Source: an uncultured Clostridia bacterium
GTDB lineage: Bacteria > Bacillota > Clostridia > TANB77 > CAG-508
Length of the DNA: 46,475 nt
Reading direction: 5' to 3'
Assembly: GCA_944390535.1 (NCBI GenBank)
Contig: CALXQV010000055.1
Location: 1-46,475, forward strand
The notes under the pieces were generated by a model, which did no database searches, was not told where the DNA came from, and saw only the letters and a list, made by a program, of their open reading frames with translations. Below, in pieces: positions 28,406 to 38,850 of this stretch. Within the stretch, counting starts at the first letter, position 1; the number at the start of each line of letters is the position of its first letter. The position numbers and the translations under genes are program-made.

Positions 28406-29068
28406 ATGAGAATTCGATATAAAAAATGGGCCAGACCAGAACTAGAAGCAAGTCCTTTTTATATAGATAAACCAGAAGAAATAAAAGGAAAATGGAAGGC
28501 ATACTTTGGAAATAGCCATCCAATTCATTTAGAATTAGGTTGCGGAAAAGGGCAATTTATATCAGAACTAGCATCAGAAAACTTAGATATTAATTATATA
28601 GCAATTGATTTAGTAGATGCTATGTTAGGGCTAGCAAAAAGAAATGTAGAAGCAAAATACAAAGAAAAAAATATAGAACCAAAAAATATTGTATTAACAA
28701 GATTTGATATAGAAAGAATCTTATTAATTTTAGAAAAACAAGATGAAATTCAAAGAATCTATATTAATTTTTGTAATCCTTGGCCAAAGGGAAAACATAG
28801 AAAAAAGAGATTAACGCATACAAGGCAATTAGAAAAATATAAAGAATTTTTGAAAGAAAATGGAGAAATTTATTTTAAAACAGATGATGATGATTTATTT
28901 CAATCTAGCTTGATATATTTTGAAGAATCTGGTTTTGAAATCATAAAAAAGACTTATGACTTACATACAGAACCAATATTTGAAAAAAATATAGAAACAG
29001 AACATGAAAAAATGTTTTCAGAGCAAGGAATTAAAATAAAAGCATTAATAGGAAGAAAAAGAGCATAA
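28406..29068 (+). CDS. trmB: tRNA (guanine-N7)-methyltransferase
   Basis: LELGCGKGQF, NFCNPWPK..H.K.RLT, FKTDD, TEHE. Confidence 0.92.
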   Translation: MRIRYKKWARPELEASPFYIDKPEEIKGKWKAYFGNSHPIHLELGCGKGQFISELASENLDINYIAIDLVDAMLGLAKRNVEAKYKEKNIEPKNIVLTRFDIERILLILEKQDEIQRIYINFCNPWPKGKHRKKRLTHTRQLEKYKEFLKENGEIYFKTDDDDLFQSSLIYFEESGFEIIKKTYDLHTEPIFEKNIETEHEKMFSEQGIKIKALIGRKRA

Positions 29069-29225
29069 GAAAAGTCAATTTTCTTATATAATAAAGAAAA
29101 ATTTAAAAATAGCTTGTATTTTGTAAAAATACGTGCTAAAATAATAATAGATTAAAAAAAAACCGATTTTGTGAGGGAAGATTTTTTTAATCTTTTTTTG
29201 TTTTTTATTTAGAAAGGGGTATAAG

Positions 29226-30824
29226 ATGAACACAAAGTATATTTTTGTAACAGGTGGAGTTGTATCGGGATTAGGAAAAGGAATTACAGCAGCATCATTA
29301 GGAAGATTACTAAAAAATAGAGGGTATAAAGTAACGATCCAAAAATTTGACCCATATATTAATGTAGACCCAGGAACGATGAATCCATATGAACATGGAG
29401 AAGTTTTTGTAACAGATGATGGGGCAGAAACAGATTTAGACTTAGGGCATTATGAAAGATTTATTGATGAAAATTTGACACATAATTCGAGTATTACCAT
29501 GGGAAAAATTTATCAAAGTGTTATAGAAAAAGAGAGAAGAGGAGACTATTTAGGGAAAACAGTGCAAGTGATTCCTCATATCACAAATGAAATCAAAGAA
29601 AAAATATATGGATTTGAGAATACAGACACAGATATTGTCATAACAGAAGTGGGTGGTACAGTAGGTGATATAGAAGGACTTTCTATTATAGAAGCAATTA
29701 GACAAGTAGGATTAGAAAAAAATAAAGAAGATGTTATCTATATTCATGTCACTTTATTACCATATATATTTGGTTCTAATGAAATCAAATCAAAACCAAC
29801 GCAACATTCTGTAAAAGAATTACAAAGTTTAGGAATCAAACCAGATATTTTAGTTTGCAGAACAGAACAAGAGATTCCAGATAATATAAGAGAAAAATTA
29901 TCTCTATTTTGTAATGTAAGAAAATCAAGTGTTATCCAAAATAAAACAGCAGATTGTTTATATGCAGTACCTTTAATGCTAGAAGAAGAAGGACTAGCAA
30001 GAGAAGTATGTAACCATTTACATTTGGAAAAATATATTCCAGACAATACAAAATGGGAAGAAATGATTGAAAATATTAGAAAGATAGATGAAACAAAAGT
30101 TGTAAACATTGGGTTAGTTGGAAAATATATAAAATTAGAAGATTCTTATATTTCTGTTATTGAAAGTTTATATCATGCAGGATTTGCGAATCATGTAAAG
30201 GTAAAAGTAACATTAATTGATTCTGAAAACATAACAAGAGAAAATGTGAAAGAACAGTTAAAAGAAATGGATGGAATTGTCATTCCAGGAGGATTTGGAG
30301 ATAGAGGAATTGATGGAATGATAGAAACAGTCAAATATGTAAGAGAAAACAATGTCCCATTCTTAGGAATTTGTTTAGGAATGCAAATGGCTGTTGTAGA
30401 ATTTGCAAGAGATGTGTTAGGGATTGAAGATGCAGATTCAGAAGAATTTAATAAAGAAACAAAAAATCAAGTCATTCATATTATGGAGGAACAAAAGAAA
30501 ATTAATACAAAAGGTGGAACGATGAGATTAGGAGCATATCCTTGTATAATAAAAGAAGGTACACTAGCACACAGATTATATGAATCAACAGAAATTTCAG
30601 AAAGACATAGACACAGATTTGAATATAATAATGATTATAGAGAAAGATTAGAAAAAGCTGGATTGAAAGTATCTGGAACTTCTCCAGATGGTTTATTAGT
30701 AGAAATGGTAGAAATTCCAGAACACCCATATTTTATTGCTGGACAATTTCATCCAGAATTGAAGTCAAGACCGAATAGACCAGGACCATTATTTGTTGGT
30801 TTGGTAAAAGCAGCGAAGAAATAG
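29226..30824 (+). CDS. pyrG: CTP synthase
   Basis: [35 protein letters not shown]. Confidence 0.98.
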   Translation: MNTKYIFVTGGVVSGLGKGITAASLGRLLKNRGYKVTIQKFDPYINVDPGTMNPYEHGEVFVTDDGAETDLDLGHYERFIDENLTHNSSITMGKIYQSVIEKERRGDYLGKTVQVIPHITNEIKEKIYGFENTDTDIVITEVGGTVGDIEGLSIIEAIRQVGLEKNKEDVIYIHVTLLPYIFGSNEIKSKPTQHSVKELQSLGIKPDILVCRTEQEIPDNIREKLSLFCNVRKSSVIQNKTADCLYAVPLMLEEEGLAREVCNHLHLEKYIPDNTKWEEMIENIRKIDETKVVNIGLVGKYIKLEDSYISVIESLYHAGFANHVKVKVTLIDSENITRENVKEQLKEMDGIVIPGGFGDRGIDGMIETVKYVRENNVPFLGICLGMQMAVVEFARDVLGIEDADSEEFNKETKNQVIHIMEEQKKINTKGGTMRLGAYPCIIKEGTLAHRLYESTEISERHRHRFEYNNDYRERLEKAGLKVSGTSPDGLLVEMVEIPEHPYFIAGQFHPELKSRPNRPGPLFVGLVKAAKK

Positions 30825-30861
30825 AAAATAAAAAATATGAAAGAAGATATATAAGAATGAA

Positions 30862-30900
30862 AGAGAAGGCTCCCACGACATCCGTGGAAGCCTTTTTCTC
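30862..30900. terminator. Bidirectional terminator between pyrG and the orphan ORF
   Basis: AAGGCT.CCACG / CGTGG.AGCCTT stem. Confidence 0.65.
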
Positions 30901-31219
30901 AGGGTATATAAGACTGAATTTTATCTAAAGCGGATTTCTTTGAAGCGAAAAAGAAAGATCGATCTTTCTCTTTTTTCATTAAGTCGTCTATTATACGAGT
31001 CCGTTTTTCTTGCTTGAAAAAAGCTATTTGAGTAACGTCGTAGGAAACACCATACGGGAAGGTATTACCCTTCCAGATATCCTGCCCTGTAATCGGGTGT
31101 TTCCCGCAGTAACAGGACAGGTCTAAAATAAGCCGTGTCTCTAGAAGATCTTTCAGATCTTCCCGACCTTCTTCAGTCTCAAAGAGTTCTTTACGAACTC
31201 CAAAGAAAAGTTTTTCCAT
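30899..31219 (-). CDS. Orphan 106-aa protein with atypical composition
   Basis: RBS AAGGGG; promoter TTGATA-N17-TATAAT at 31329-31301. Confidence 0.6.
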   Translation of the reverse strand: MEKLFFGVRKELFETEEGREDLKDLLETRLILDLSCYCGKHPITGQDIWKGNTFPYGVSYDVTQIAFFKQEKRTRIIDDLMKKEKDRSFFFASKKSALDKIQSYIP

Positions 31220-31432
31220 TTTAAAACCCCTTTTGCAGGCTACTGTACGCCTGCATCCTTTCTTAATTATTGTGATTACATATTAGTGGTCACTATGTTC
31301 ATTATAGCACATTTTCCTTTAAATATCAACAAAAAGAGCAAAACATGAATCACAAGAAAAGTATTTACAAAAATAAATTACATATGATATAATTATTAAG
31401 TACAAAAGCGTATTAAGAGGTGATAGATAAAA

Positions 31433-31765
31433 ATGTCAGTACTTATCATAATATATATACTAATACTTGTAATATTTGCTCTTATTGCATATGCCGTAAT
31501 GCAAATAAAATTGTTTGGAATGAAAGTAAAAGACTTCTGGGGATTTATTGAAGCAAACCAGATGTTAGATAAATTATATATGTTTGCAAAGCAATATGAA
31601 AAAATGACACCACAAGAACAGGTTATTTATTTATCAGAGGCAGAAAAAATATTTAAAGCATTTGATAAAGTACCAGATGAATTATGGGAAGAAGAATATA
31701 ATAAATACAAAGAAGTTGTTCGTAAATATAATGATATTCGAATGTTTAGATGGACATCTAATTAA
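31433..31765 (+). CDS. Membrane-anchored hypothetical protein
   Basis: N-terminal TM; GAGGTG RBS; upstream promoter. Confidence 0.7.
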   Translation: MSVLIIIYILILVIFALIAYAVMQIKLFGMKVKDFWGFIEANQMLDKLYMFAKQYEKMTPQEQVIYLSEAEKIFKAFDKVPDELWEEEYNKYKEVVRKYNDIRMFRWTSN

Positions 31766-31771
31766 CAATGA

Positions 31772-31815
31772 AGAAAAAATAGAATCCAGTTTTTGAACTG
31801 GATTCTATTTTTTCT
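31772..31815. terminator. Bidirectional terminator
   Basis: AGAAAAAATAGAATCCAGTT / AACTGGATTCTATTTTTTCT between convergent genes. Confidence 0.8.
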
Positions 31816-31844
31816 ATATAATAAGGTTAAGTTTTTTAATAAGA

Positions 31845-32774
31845 TTATTCCTCAACCTTTTTTGTGGTTTTTGTTTTTTTATCTTCAGTCATAACTTCCT
31901 TGATAGCACCTAAACTACCTAAAGCGCTTGTCGCTTCAAATGGAATAAATACTTTATTTGCTTCACCTTCAGCAACTTTTTCTAAAGCTTCTAAAGATTT
32001 TAATTGAACCAATTTTTCATCAGGATCAGATTTCTTAATTGCATCATAAACCATTTGAATTTCTCTAGCTTTTGCATCAGCAACTTCCTTAATCGCTTGT
32101 GCTTCACCGACAGCTCTTCTAATTTGAGATTCTTTATCAGCTTCTGCTTCTAAGATAGCAGCCTGTTTTTTACCTTCTGCAATGGTAATGGCAGATTGTC
32201 TTTGTGCTTCAGCTTCTAGAATTAAAGCTCTTTTATTTCTTTCTGCATTCATTTCTTTTTCCATAGCATCTCTAACATCAGCAGGTGGTTCAATGTCTTT
32301 AATTTCCACTCTATCAATTTTACAACCCCATCTATCTGTTGCTTCATCAAGCACAACTCTTAATTTTGTATTAATACCATCTCTTGAACTAAAAGTTTCA
32401 TCTAAATCCATTTTACCAATAATATCACGGATAGTTGTAATAGCTAAATATTCAATACCTTTCTTTAAACTTTGAATTTCATAAACTGCTTTTGCAGGGT
32501 CTGTAATTTGATAGAACACAACTGTATCAATTGTGATTGTAACATTATCCTTTGTAATAACACTTTGAGGTGGAATATCCATAGTTTGTTGTTTTAAACT
32601 AACAACGCTTCTTACATGATCAAAAAATGGAACGATAATGGTAAGACCTGCGTCTGCTACCTTATAAAATTTACCTAATCTTTCAATGATATATACCTCA
32701 GATTGTTTACCGATTTTGATTGACATAAAAGCTATTATCAAAATGATAACAAGTAGTATTCCTAAAAAAATCAT
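31845..32774 (-). CDS. SPFH/stomatin-like (QmcA/paraslipin) protein
   Basis: IIERLGKF, ITKDNVTITID, WGCKIDRVEIKDI, AEGKKQAAILEAEA. Confidence 0.92.
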   Translation of the reverse strand: MIFLGILLVIILIIAFMSIKIGKQSEVYIIERLGKFYKVADAGLTIIVPFFDHVRSVVSLKQQTMDIPPQSVITKDNVTITIDTVVFYQITDPAKAVYEIQSLKKGIEYLAITTIRDIIGKMDLDETFSSRDGINTKLRVVLDEATDRWGCKIDRVEIKDIEPPADVRDAMEKEMNAERNKRALILEAEAQRQSAITIAEGKKQAAILEAEADKESQIRRAVGEAQAIKEVADAKAREIQMVYDAIKKSDPDEKLVQLKSLEALEKVAEGEANKVFIPFEATSALGSLGAIKEVMTEDKKTKTTKKVEE

Positions 32775-32829
32775 AAAACTTCCTCCTTTTAAACATCCTT
32801 TTTATTTATAAATGAATATAAAAAACAAA

Positions 32830-33264
32830 TTATTCTGAAATTGGTGAAACAATTGCTCTAACACCATCAATTTTTTTTACTTCAACTTTTGTTCCCTTTT
32901 CAATATTAGAACTATCAATGCCTTCAGCAGACCAAACTTCGCCATCAACTTTTATTTGGCCAACACCATTAATAGAATCAATATCTTTAATAACAATGGC
33001 TGTTTTTCCAATAATAGAAAAGGCATTTGTTTTTTCTGTAGGTTCTTTTTTATTCACAAATTTTTTCACAAATGGCTTTGTAGCTAAAATTAAAACAGCA
33101 GATAAAATGACAAAAACACTTGCTTGAACCATTAAGTTATCTGTAAAAAAGCTAACACACATTGTAATTAAACCTGCAATACCTAGCCAGAATACTAAAA
33201 AACCAGTTGTAATAATTTCTGCTATAAAAAAGATTCCAGAAGCAATTAGCCAAAATTGCCACAT
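32830..33264 (-). CDS. NfeD-like (YbbJ) membrane protein
   Basis: Hydrophobic N-terminus, GQIKVDGEVWSA OB-fold; paired with the SPFH gene. Confidence 0.9.
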   Translation of the reverse strand: MWQFWLIASGIFFIAEIITTGFLVFWLGIAGLITMCVSFFTDNLMVQASVFVILSAVLILATKPFVKKFVNKKEPTEKTNAFSIIGKTAIVIKDIDSINGVGQIKVDGEVWSAEGIDSSNIEKGTKVEVKKIDGVRAIVSPISE

Positions 33265-33406
33265 AGATAAATCCTCCTTTTTTATTCACACTATATATAT
33301 TATACTATAAAATATGGAAAAAATAAAGGGTTTTGGTAAAAATAGTCTTAGAATGTTCAAGATAATGATATTTTTGTTTTCCTTACAAAATAATTATGCA
33401 TATAAC

Positions 33407-33435
33407 TTGTAATTCAATACAAAAAATGATATAGT
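33407..33435 (+). promoter_or_regulatory. Fixed sigmaA promoter of the short pilin-murB-yvcK cluster
   Basis: TTGTAA-N17-TATAGT; no flanking inverted repeat seen. Confidence 0.55.
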
Positions 33436-33464
33436 AATAAAGAATTTAACAAAGGAGAAGCGCA

Positions 33465-33971
33465 ATGAAAAAAGTATATGAAAACGTAAAAAATAATGAA
33501 ACAGGAATTACCATATTGGCTTTGGTTATTACAATTATCGTTTTACTTATACTAGCAGGTATAACCATGAATATGGGAAAACAAGGGATAAAAGAAAGTA
33601 AAGAAGATGCCAAATTAACGGAATTGGCTATGGTTCAAAATGCAGTGTTACAAAGAAAAACGAAGGCAGATTTAACAGGTGAAGAATACCCAGGACAGAA
33701 AATTACAGAAGCAGGAGTCGACCTAGATAATGTAATAGGAGATATCAATGATAATAAAGACACAGGAGAAGACGCTGTTACAAGGAAAGACAGCAATAAT
33801 GAGCATTATTATCTTTTAACAGAAACCAATGATGGATTAAATGGTTTAGGAATTACCAATTCAGAAGATGCATATATTGTAAATTATGAGACAGGAGAAG
33901 TTATTAATTATACAACAAAATTAACAGGAACAGGAAAACCTTTATATATCTATGCAAAAGAAGCAAACTAA
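33465..33971 (+). CDS. Short pilin-like protein (class III signal peptide)
   Basis: G|ITILALVITIIVLLILAG; C-terminal YIVNYETGEV. Confidence 0.75.
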   Translation: MKKVYENVKNNETGITILALVITIIVLLILAGITMNMGKQGIKESKEDAKLTELAMVQNAVLQRKTKADLTGEEYPGQKITEAGVDLDNVIGDINDNKDTGEDAVTRKDSNNEHYYLLTETNDGLNGLGITNSEDAYIVNYETGEVINYTTKLTGTGKPLYIYAKEAN

Positions 33972-33985
33972 AAAGGAGGAGTAAA

Positions 33986-34906
33986 ATGACAGAAGAATTA
34001 AAAAAACAAATACTACAATTAGGTATTCTTAAAGACAATATCTTGTTTAATGAACCAATGTCAGAACATACAACCTTTAAAGTAGGCGGACCTGCTGAAT
34101 GTTATATAAAAATTGACGAAATACAAGATTTAAGAAACATATTAAAATTTGCAAAGCAAAAGCAGTTACCAATTACCATTTTAGGAAATGGAAGCAATGT
34201 ACTTGTATTAGACGGGGGAATCAAAGGTATTGTTTTAAATATAAGGTTTAATAAAATAGAAATGATGAATTTAGATACAAAAATTTTTGCAAACATAGGT
34301 GCAGGTGTCAAGATATCTGTTTTAGGACACTTGCTTTTAAAAAATGCGATAACTGGATTTGAAGAATTATCAGGAATTCCTGGAACAATTGGTGGAGCTG
34401 TTAAAATGAATGCAGGAGCACATGGTAAGGAATTAAAAGACATTGTTAGTACAGTGATTTGTATGGATTATAATGGAAATATCCATCAATTTGAAAATAA
34501 ACAGATGCATTTTGATTACAGAAAAAGTATGCTAAAAGATAATTCATATATTGTGTTAGAAGTACATATGGAATTTCAAAAAGGAGAAGAAAAATCTATT
34601 AAAGAAAAAATGGAAGAATATGCAACTTACAGGAAAGAGAAACAGCCAATTGAATATCCAAGTGCAGGGAGTACTTTTAAAAGAGGAACAGACTTTATTA
34701 CAGCAAAATTAATTGATGAAGCAGGATTGAAAGGATATAGCATTGGTGGAGCAGAGGTTTCTAGCAAGCATGCAGGATTTATTATTAACAAAGGAAATGC
34801 AACAGCAAAAGACATATTAGAGTTAATTAAATATGTAAAATACAAAGTAGAAGAAAAGTTTAATAAAAAAATAGAATTAGAGATTGAGATTATGGGAGAG
34901 AAATAA
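33986..34906 (+). CDS. murB: UDP-N-acetylmuramate dehydrogenase
   Basis: HTTFKVGGPA, GNGSNVL, GIPGTIGGAV.MNAGA, PSAGSTFKR, KHAGFIIN. Confidence 0.96.
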   Translation: MTEELKKQILQLGILKDNILFNEPMSEHTTFKVGGPAECYIKIDEIQDLRNILKFAKQKQLPITILGNGSNVLVLDGGIKGIVLNIRFNKIEMMNLDTKIFANIGAGVKISVLGHLLLKNAITGFEELSGIPGTIGGAVKMNAGAHGKELKDIVSTVICMDYNGNIHQFENKQMHFDYRKSMLKDNSYIVLEVHMEFQKGEEKSIKEKMEEYATYRKEKQPIEYPSAGSTFKRGTDFITAKLIDEAGLKGYSIGGAEVSSKHAGFIINKGNATAKDILELIKYVKYKVEEKFNKKIELEIEIMGEK

Positions 34907-34907
34907 G

Positions 34908-36509
34908 ATGAATGGTTTTATGCATTGGTTTAGATCAAGTACAAAAATGAAAAGATGGATATTTTTGATTTTACTAGGAATTATACTATGTTGTTATGGA
35001 ATTGCAGAAATATTAGTTATGAAAGAAATATCTTTTCAAGAAGTGGGAAAAGTGGTTGGCATATTTGTGGTAGGATTTATTGGCATAGTATTAGGATTAG
35101 TATATATTAATAAAAGAACACTAGAAGTGTTAATAGAATCAACAGATGAAAGAATGGAAAATAGAAAAAATGTCAATATTAATTCGCTAATCTTTAATAA
35201 AACAGTATATGATAAAGGCCCTAATATTGTTGTAATTGGTGGAGGAACAGGACTAAATACCGTTCTTTCAGGATTGAAAAATTATACGAATAATTTAACA
35301 GCAATTGTAACAATATCAGATTATGGTGAAGGAGTTACAAATTCTAGAAGAGAATTACAAACTTTACCATTAAATGACATAAAAGACAGTATTGTAGCAT
35401 TATCTAAGAAAGAGGAACAAGTTCAAAAACTATTAAACTATGAATTTCAAAGTGGAAAATTAAGAGGATTAGATTTCTCAGATATTTATTTTTTAGCAAT
35501 GAAAGAAATAAATGGGAACTTTGAAGATTCTATTATTAAAAGCAATGAAGTCATTAATATGATTGGAAAAGTTATACCAGTTACATTAGATGAAATGAAA
35601 ATTGTTGCAGAATTAGATAATGGATATATTGTAGAAGAAAAATCAAAAATACCAGAAATGGTTTCTGAAAAACTGACAAAGATTAATCGAATTATGATTA
35701 GTCCTTCAAACTGTAAGCCAGCACCAGGCGTTGTAGAAGCAATAAAGGAAGCAGATTGTATCATTATTGGACCAGGTAGCCTATATACAAATGTCATACC
35801 AAATCTTTTGGTAAATGGTGTTAATAAAGCGATTAAAGAAAGTACAGCGATAAAGGTATATATTAGTAATATCATGACAGAACCAGGGCAAACAGATAAT
35901 TATAGTGTCGCAGACCATATAAATGCCATTATGGAACATTGTGGACAAGGTATTATAGATTATTGTATTTATGACACAGGAGAAGTGATACCAGAATTTA
36001 TTAAAAAATATAATTTGGAAGGACAAGATATTGTTGAACAAGATATAGATAAAGTAAAGGGAATTAAATTCTTACAAAGAAATTTATCTATGGTAGATAA
36101 CGATTTTATAAGGCATGACCCAAATCTAGTTGCATCTTCTATTATAGAATTAATCTGTGATGATTTAAAATATCAAGATAAACAAAATGACCCGCAATAT
36201 TTAATGTTAAATACAAAATTACAAGAAGAAAAACGAATTAATAAAAAGAAAAAAATAATGGAAAGAAAAAATAGAAGTGGTAAAAAGATACAAGAAAAAC
36301 ATGTAAGAGGAAAAAGTAAATTTAGTAATAAATATAGTCAAAGAATTGCTTCCATAAAAGAAGCAGATGAAAAGGCAAGAATCAAAACAGAAAAAGAAAA
36401 TATGAAACGAAGAAAAGCAAATAGTAAATTCAAAAAAGAAGAAATAAAAACAACAAAATCAAAAAGCACAAAAGGAAAGAGCCAAAAAATGAAACAAAAG
36501 CAGAGTTAA
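34908..36509 (+). CDS. YvcK/GlmR (UPF0052) family protein with N-terminal TMs and a Lys-rich tail
   Basis: IVVIGGGTGL, IIGPGSLYTNVIPNL, NIMTEPGQTD, RHDP. Confidence 0.88.
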   Translation: MNGFMHWFRSSTKMKRWIFLILLGIILCCYGIAEILVMKEISFQEVGKVVGIFVVGFIGIVLGLVYINKRTLEVLIESTDERMENRKNVNINSLIFNKTVYDKGPNIVVIGGGTGLNTVLSGLKNYTNNLTAIVTISDYGEGVTNSRRELQTLPLNDIKDSIVALSKKEEQVQKLLNYEFQSGKLRGLDFSDIYFLAMKEINGNFEDSIIKSNEVINMIGKVIPVTLDEMKIVAELDNGYIVEEKSKIPEMVSEKLTKINRIMISPSNCKPAPGVVEAIKEADCIIIGPGSLYTNVIPNLLVNGVNKAIKESTAIKVYISNIMTEPGQTDNYSVADHINAIMEHCGQGIIDYCIYDTGEVIPEFIKKYNLEGQDIVEQDIDKVKGIKFLQRNLSMVDNDFIRHDPNLVASSIIELICDDLKYQDKQNDPQYLMLNTKLQEEKRINKKKKIMERKNRSGKKIQEKHVRGKSKFSNKYSQRIASIKEADEKARIKTEKENMKRRKANSKFKKEEIKTTKSKSTKGKSQKMKQKQS

Positions 36510-36580
36510 AGGAAATGAATAACGATATTAGTAAATCATAATAAAAAAATAAGAAAATTAAATAAAATACGGAGGAAATT

Positions 36581-38617
36581 ATGAAATTTACAAAGGAAAA
36601 CTTAAATATAGAAACAGGACTTACGAAAGAATGGTTAATTACAAATGGGATTGGAGGATTTGCATCTTCTACTATTATTGGGGCAAACACAAGAAAATAT
36701 CATGGATTGTTAGTAGCACCATTAAATCCACCAGCTAATCGATATGTGATTTTATCAAAATTAGATGAATCCATTGAAGTAAGAGGAAAACAATATGACT
36801 TATATACCAATATATGTGAATCATATATATCACATGGATATCAATATCAGGAAGAATTTGAAAAAGACGATTACCCTACTTTCAAATATAAAATACAAGG
36901 AATAGAAATTGAAAAAAGCATTTGTATGGAATATAATGAAAATACAGTAGGGGTATATTACAAAATAAAAAATGGAAAATATAAAGCAAAATTATCATTA
37001 GCACCTATTATGAATTTTAGAGACTTTCATACGATGAATACAGGACATCATTTTGATATAAAACAACAAGTAAATGGTACAAAAATCAAGGTAGTAATAG
37101 ATGACAAATCACAAATACCAATCTATATGAACTTATCAGAAGGAAGATATATCCCTCATGAGAATGACCATTTTGAGCATATGTTTTATCTAGAAGAAGA
37201 AAAAAGAGGATTTTATCCAGAGGAAAATCATATTGTTCCTGGAGTATATGAAGTTGAAATAAAAGCAAACGAAGAAAAAGAAATTTCATTTGTCTGTTCA
37301 TTAGAAGAAAACATAGAAGAAAAAAACGTAAAAGAAATGTTAGAACAAGAAATCCTTAGAATGAATAGAGAAATAGAAAATACAGGACTTATTCCAGAAA
37401 AAGAACATAAAACAAAAAAAGAATTAAATAAAGAAGAACTAATAAAAACATATATAAAAGCAATCGATAATTTTATCGTATATAGACCCAATTTTAGACT
37501 GCATACAATTATTGCAGGTTATCCATGGTTTCTAGATTGGGGAAGAGATACTTTAATTGCTTTTGAAGGGCTATTGCTAGTTACAAAAAAATATGATATT
37601 GCTAGAGAAGTTTTACTAACAATGGTAAGAGATATAAAATATGGATTAGTTCCAAATGGGTATTCAGGATATGATAGTAGACCTTTATATAATAGTGTAG
37701 ATGCTTCATTACTGTTATTTGAACAAGTGCAAAAATATTTAGAATATACAAAAGACTATAAATTTGTTAAAGAAAACATGTATCCTAAAATGGAGGACAT
37801 TATTAAGAATTATGTAGAAGGTAATAATGTTGATGGAAATAATATCTATTTAGACAAGGATGGATTAATAGTCTCAGGTACAGAAGACACACAAAATACT
37901 TGGATGGATGCTAAAGTAGGAAATATGGCTGTAACACCTAGAAATGGAAAAGCAGTTGAAATAAATAGTTTGTGGTACAATGCGAATATGATTATGGCAA
38001 ATTTAACTTTAAAAATTGGTGATTTATTACAAATAAAAAAATATAAAGAGTTAGCAAGAAAATGTAAAACCGCATTTGAAGAAAAATTTTATAATCCAAA
38101 AACAAAGTGTCTTTATGATGTATTAGGAGATAGTAAAATAAGGCCAAACCAATTATTTGCTTTGAGTTTAACATATTCTGTAATAGATACAGACTCTGAA
38201 ATAGCTAAAAATATGATAAATGTTGTAGAAAAGAAATTATTGACCCCTTATGGATTAAAAACACTAGCAAAAGGCGAAGAAAACTATGTAGAAGTATATG
38301 AGGGGGATAGTTTTAAAAGAGATAGTAGTTATCATCAAGGCATTACATGGACATGGCTATTAGGTTTATATTATAATGCACTTATGAACATGAAAGAAAA
38401 AGCCAAAAATGAAGAAAGAGAAATCTTAGAAAGTAAGATAGAAAAGTTTGTAGAAAAAACCAATAAAACATTTAAAAAAGAAATTAACGAAAATGGTTGT
38501 ATTGGAAGCATATCAGAACTATATGATTCTATAAAACCACAATTACCAAAAGGTGCTATTGCACAGGCTTGGAGTATAGCAGAAGTGTTTAGAATCATAA
38601 TGCATAAAAGGGATTAG
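36581..38617 (+). CDS. Amylo-alpha-1,6-glucosidase (glycogen debranching enzyme)
   Basis: EWLITNGIGGFAS, AGYPWFLDWGRDT, TWMDAK, RPNQ, YHQG..W.WL, AQAWS. Confidence 0.92.
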   Translation: MKFTKENLNIETGLTKEWLITNGIGGFASSTIIGANTRKYHGLLVAPLNPPANRYVILSKLDESIEVRGKQYDLYTNICESYISHGYQYQEEFEKDDYPTFKYKIQGIEIEKSICMEYNENTVGVYYKIKNGKYKAKLSLAPIMNFRDFHTMNTGHHFDIKQQVNGTKIKVVIDDKSQIPIYMNLSEGRYIPHENDHFEHMFYLEEEKRGFYPEENHIVPGVYEVEIKANEEKEISFVCSLEENIEEKNVKEMLEQEILRMNREIENTGLIPEKEHKTKKELNKEELIKTYIKAIDNFIVYRPNFRLHTIIAGYPWFLDWGRDTLIAFEGLLLVTKKYDIAREVLLTMVRDIKYGLVPNGYSGYDSRPLYNSVDASLLLFEQVQKYLEYTKDYKFVKENMYPKMEDIIKNYVEGNNVDGNNIYLDKDGLIVSGTEDTQNTWMDAKVGNMAVTPRNGKAVEINSLWYNANMIMANLTLKIGDLLQIKKYKELARKCKTAFEEKFYNPKTKCLYDVLGDSKIRPNQLFALSLTYSVIDTDSEIAKNMINVVEKKLLTPYGLKTLAKGEENYVEVYEGDSFKRDSSYHQGITWTWLLGLYYNALMNMKEKAKNEEREILESKIEKFVEKTNKTFKKEINENGCIGSISELYDSIKPQLPKGAIAQAWSIAEVFRIIMHKRD

Positions 38618-38625
38618 AGATAAAA

Positions 38626-38746
38626 GGGAATTTGGGGACGGCCTCATTTTTCCCTTTTTAATGTTATAAATAAAAAAATATAGAATATAAAATTTTTTCT
38701 TAGCCAATTTAAAAAAAGGGAAAAATGAGGCCGTCCCCAAATTCCC
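38626..38746. repeat. GC-rich 34-bp perfect inverted repeat element (REP-doublet/MITE-like)
   Basis: GGGAATTTGGGGACGGCCTCATTTTTCCCTTTTT (38626-38659) and its reverse complement (38713-38746) around a 53-bp AT-rich spacer. Confidence 0.8.
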
Positions 38747-38850
38747 GCAATTAAAAATTATTATAAAATTTAGTTGAAATTAAAAGATTTTATGATATAA
38801 TGTGAACAGAAATTCGAAAGAAAAGGCATAGAAAGAAGGGAAAAAAGGAA

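Noticed and set aside
33341-33360. TCTTAGAAT, similar to the cassette repeat core, upstream of the third pilin-like gene
   Set aside because: Partial match only, with no partner repeat and no homologous internal promoter.
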